From Eimeria praecox (Eukaryota): a stretch of 64,000 nucleotides of DNA. Numbering within the stretch: position 1 is the stretch's first letter; every line of letters starts with the position of its first letter. The position numbers were made by a program, and so were the translations under genes. The stretch lies in contig OY986946.1 in NCBI GenBank assembly GCA_963920595.1, positions 3,348,001 to 3,412,000 on the forward strand. The letters are read 5' to 3'. Shown here one piece after another: positions 63,716-64,000 of this stretch. The notes below the pieces were generated by a model. The model worked only from the letters and a program-made list of their open reading frames with translations. It did no database searches and was not told the origin of the DNA.

Positions 63716-64000
63716 CTAGGGTTTAGGGTTTAGGGTTTAGGGTTTAGAGTTTAGGGCTTAGGGTTTAGGGTTTAGGGATAATGCTTTACACTCACTTCAC
63801 TATCTTTTCTAGCTTTCAGGAATTAGGGGTTAGGGGTTAGTGTTTAGGGTTTAGGGTTTAGGGTTTAGGTTTTGTGGTTTTAGGGTTTAGGGTTTAGGGT
63901 TTGTGGTTTTAGGGTTTAGGGTTTAGGGTTTAGAGTTTAGGGTTTAGGATTTAGGGTTTAGGGTTAAGGGTTTAGAGTTTAGGGTTTAGGGTTTAGGGTT
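63716..64000. repeat. (TTTAGGG)n arrays at the window end, interpreted as intronic
   Basis: Degenerate, interrupted arrays that follow a myosin donor at 63623 while the motor domain is still incomplete. Confidence 0.8.

Noticed and set aside
63716..64000. A true telomere at the window end
   Set aside because: The arrays are degenerate and interrupted and follow a donor of an unfinished myosin gene; similar arrays fill its other introns.

Overview
This is eukaryotic DNA from a coccidian apicomplexan. The mix of (CAG)n tracts, interstitial TTTAGGG/AAACCCT arrays and TGCATGCA octamers matches Eimeria repeat-rich chromosome segments; the species cannot be called from the sequence. I assembled 12 protein-coding gene models by hand, checking splice phase at each junction. 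In order: the 3' end of an unidentified gene, Rab geranylgeranyltransferase alpha, RPL14, an ERD2/KDEL-receptor-like protein, TM9SF/EMP70, MND1, an RsmB/NOP2/Sun m5C methyltransferase, Elongin C, a ~2,500-aa patatin-like phospholipase, a small acidic coiled-coil orphan, protoporphyrinogen oxidase, and the 5' part of a myosin. Most ORF-track entries are microsatellite artefacts. The most interesting structure these genes do not explain is a dispersed 14-bp palindrome, GGTGTAYRTACACC (about 30 copies by eye). It occurs in exons, introns and intergenic DNA, often at or next to splice sites. Other signals are three GC-AG introns, a tandemly amplified 3' splice site in a myosin intron, strand-biased hairpins upstream of RPL14, and a possible intronic C/D snoRNA. 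No database searches were run.
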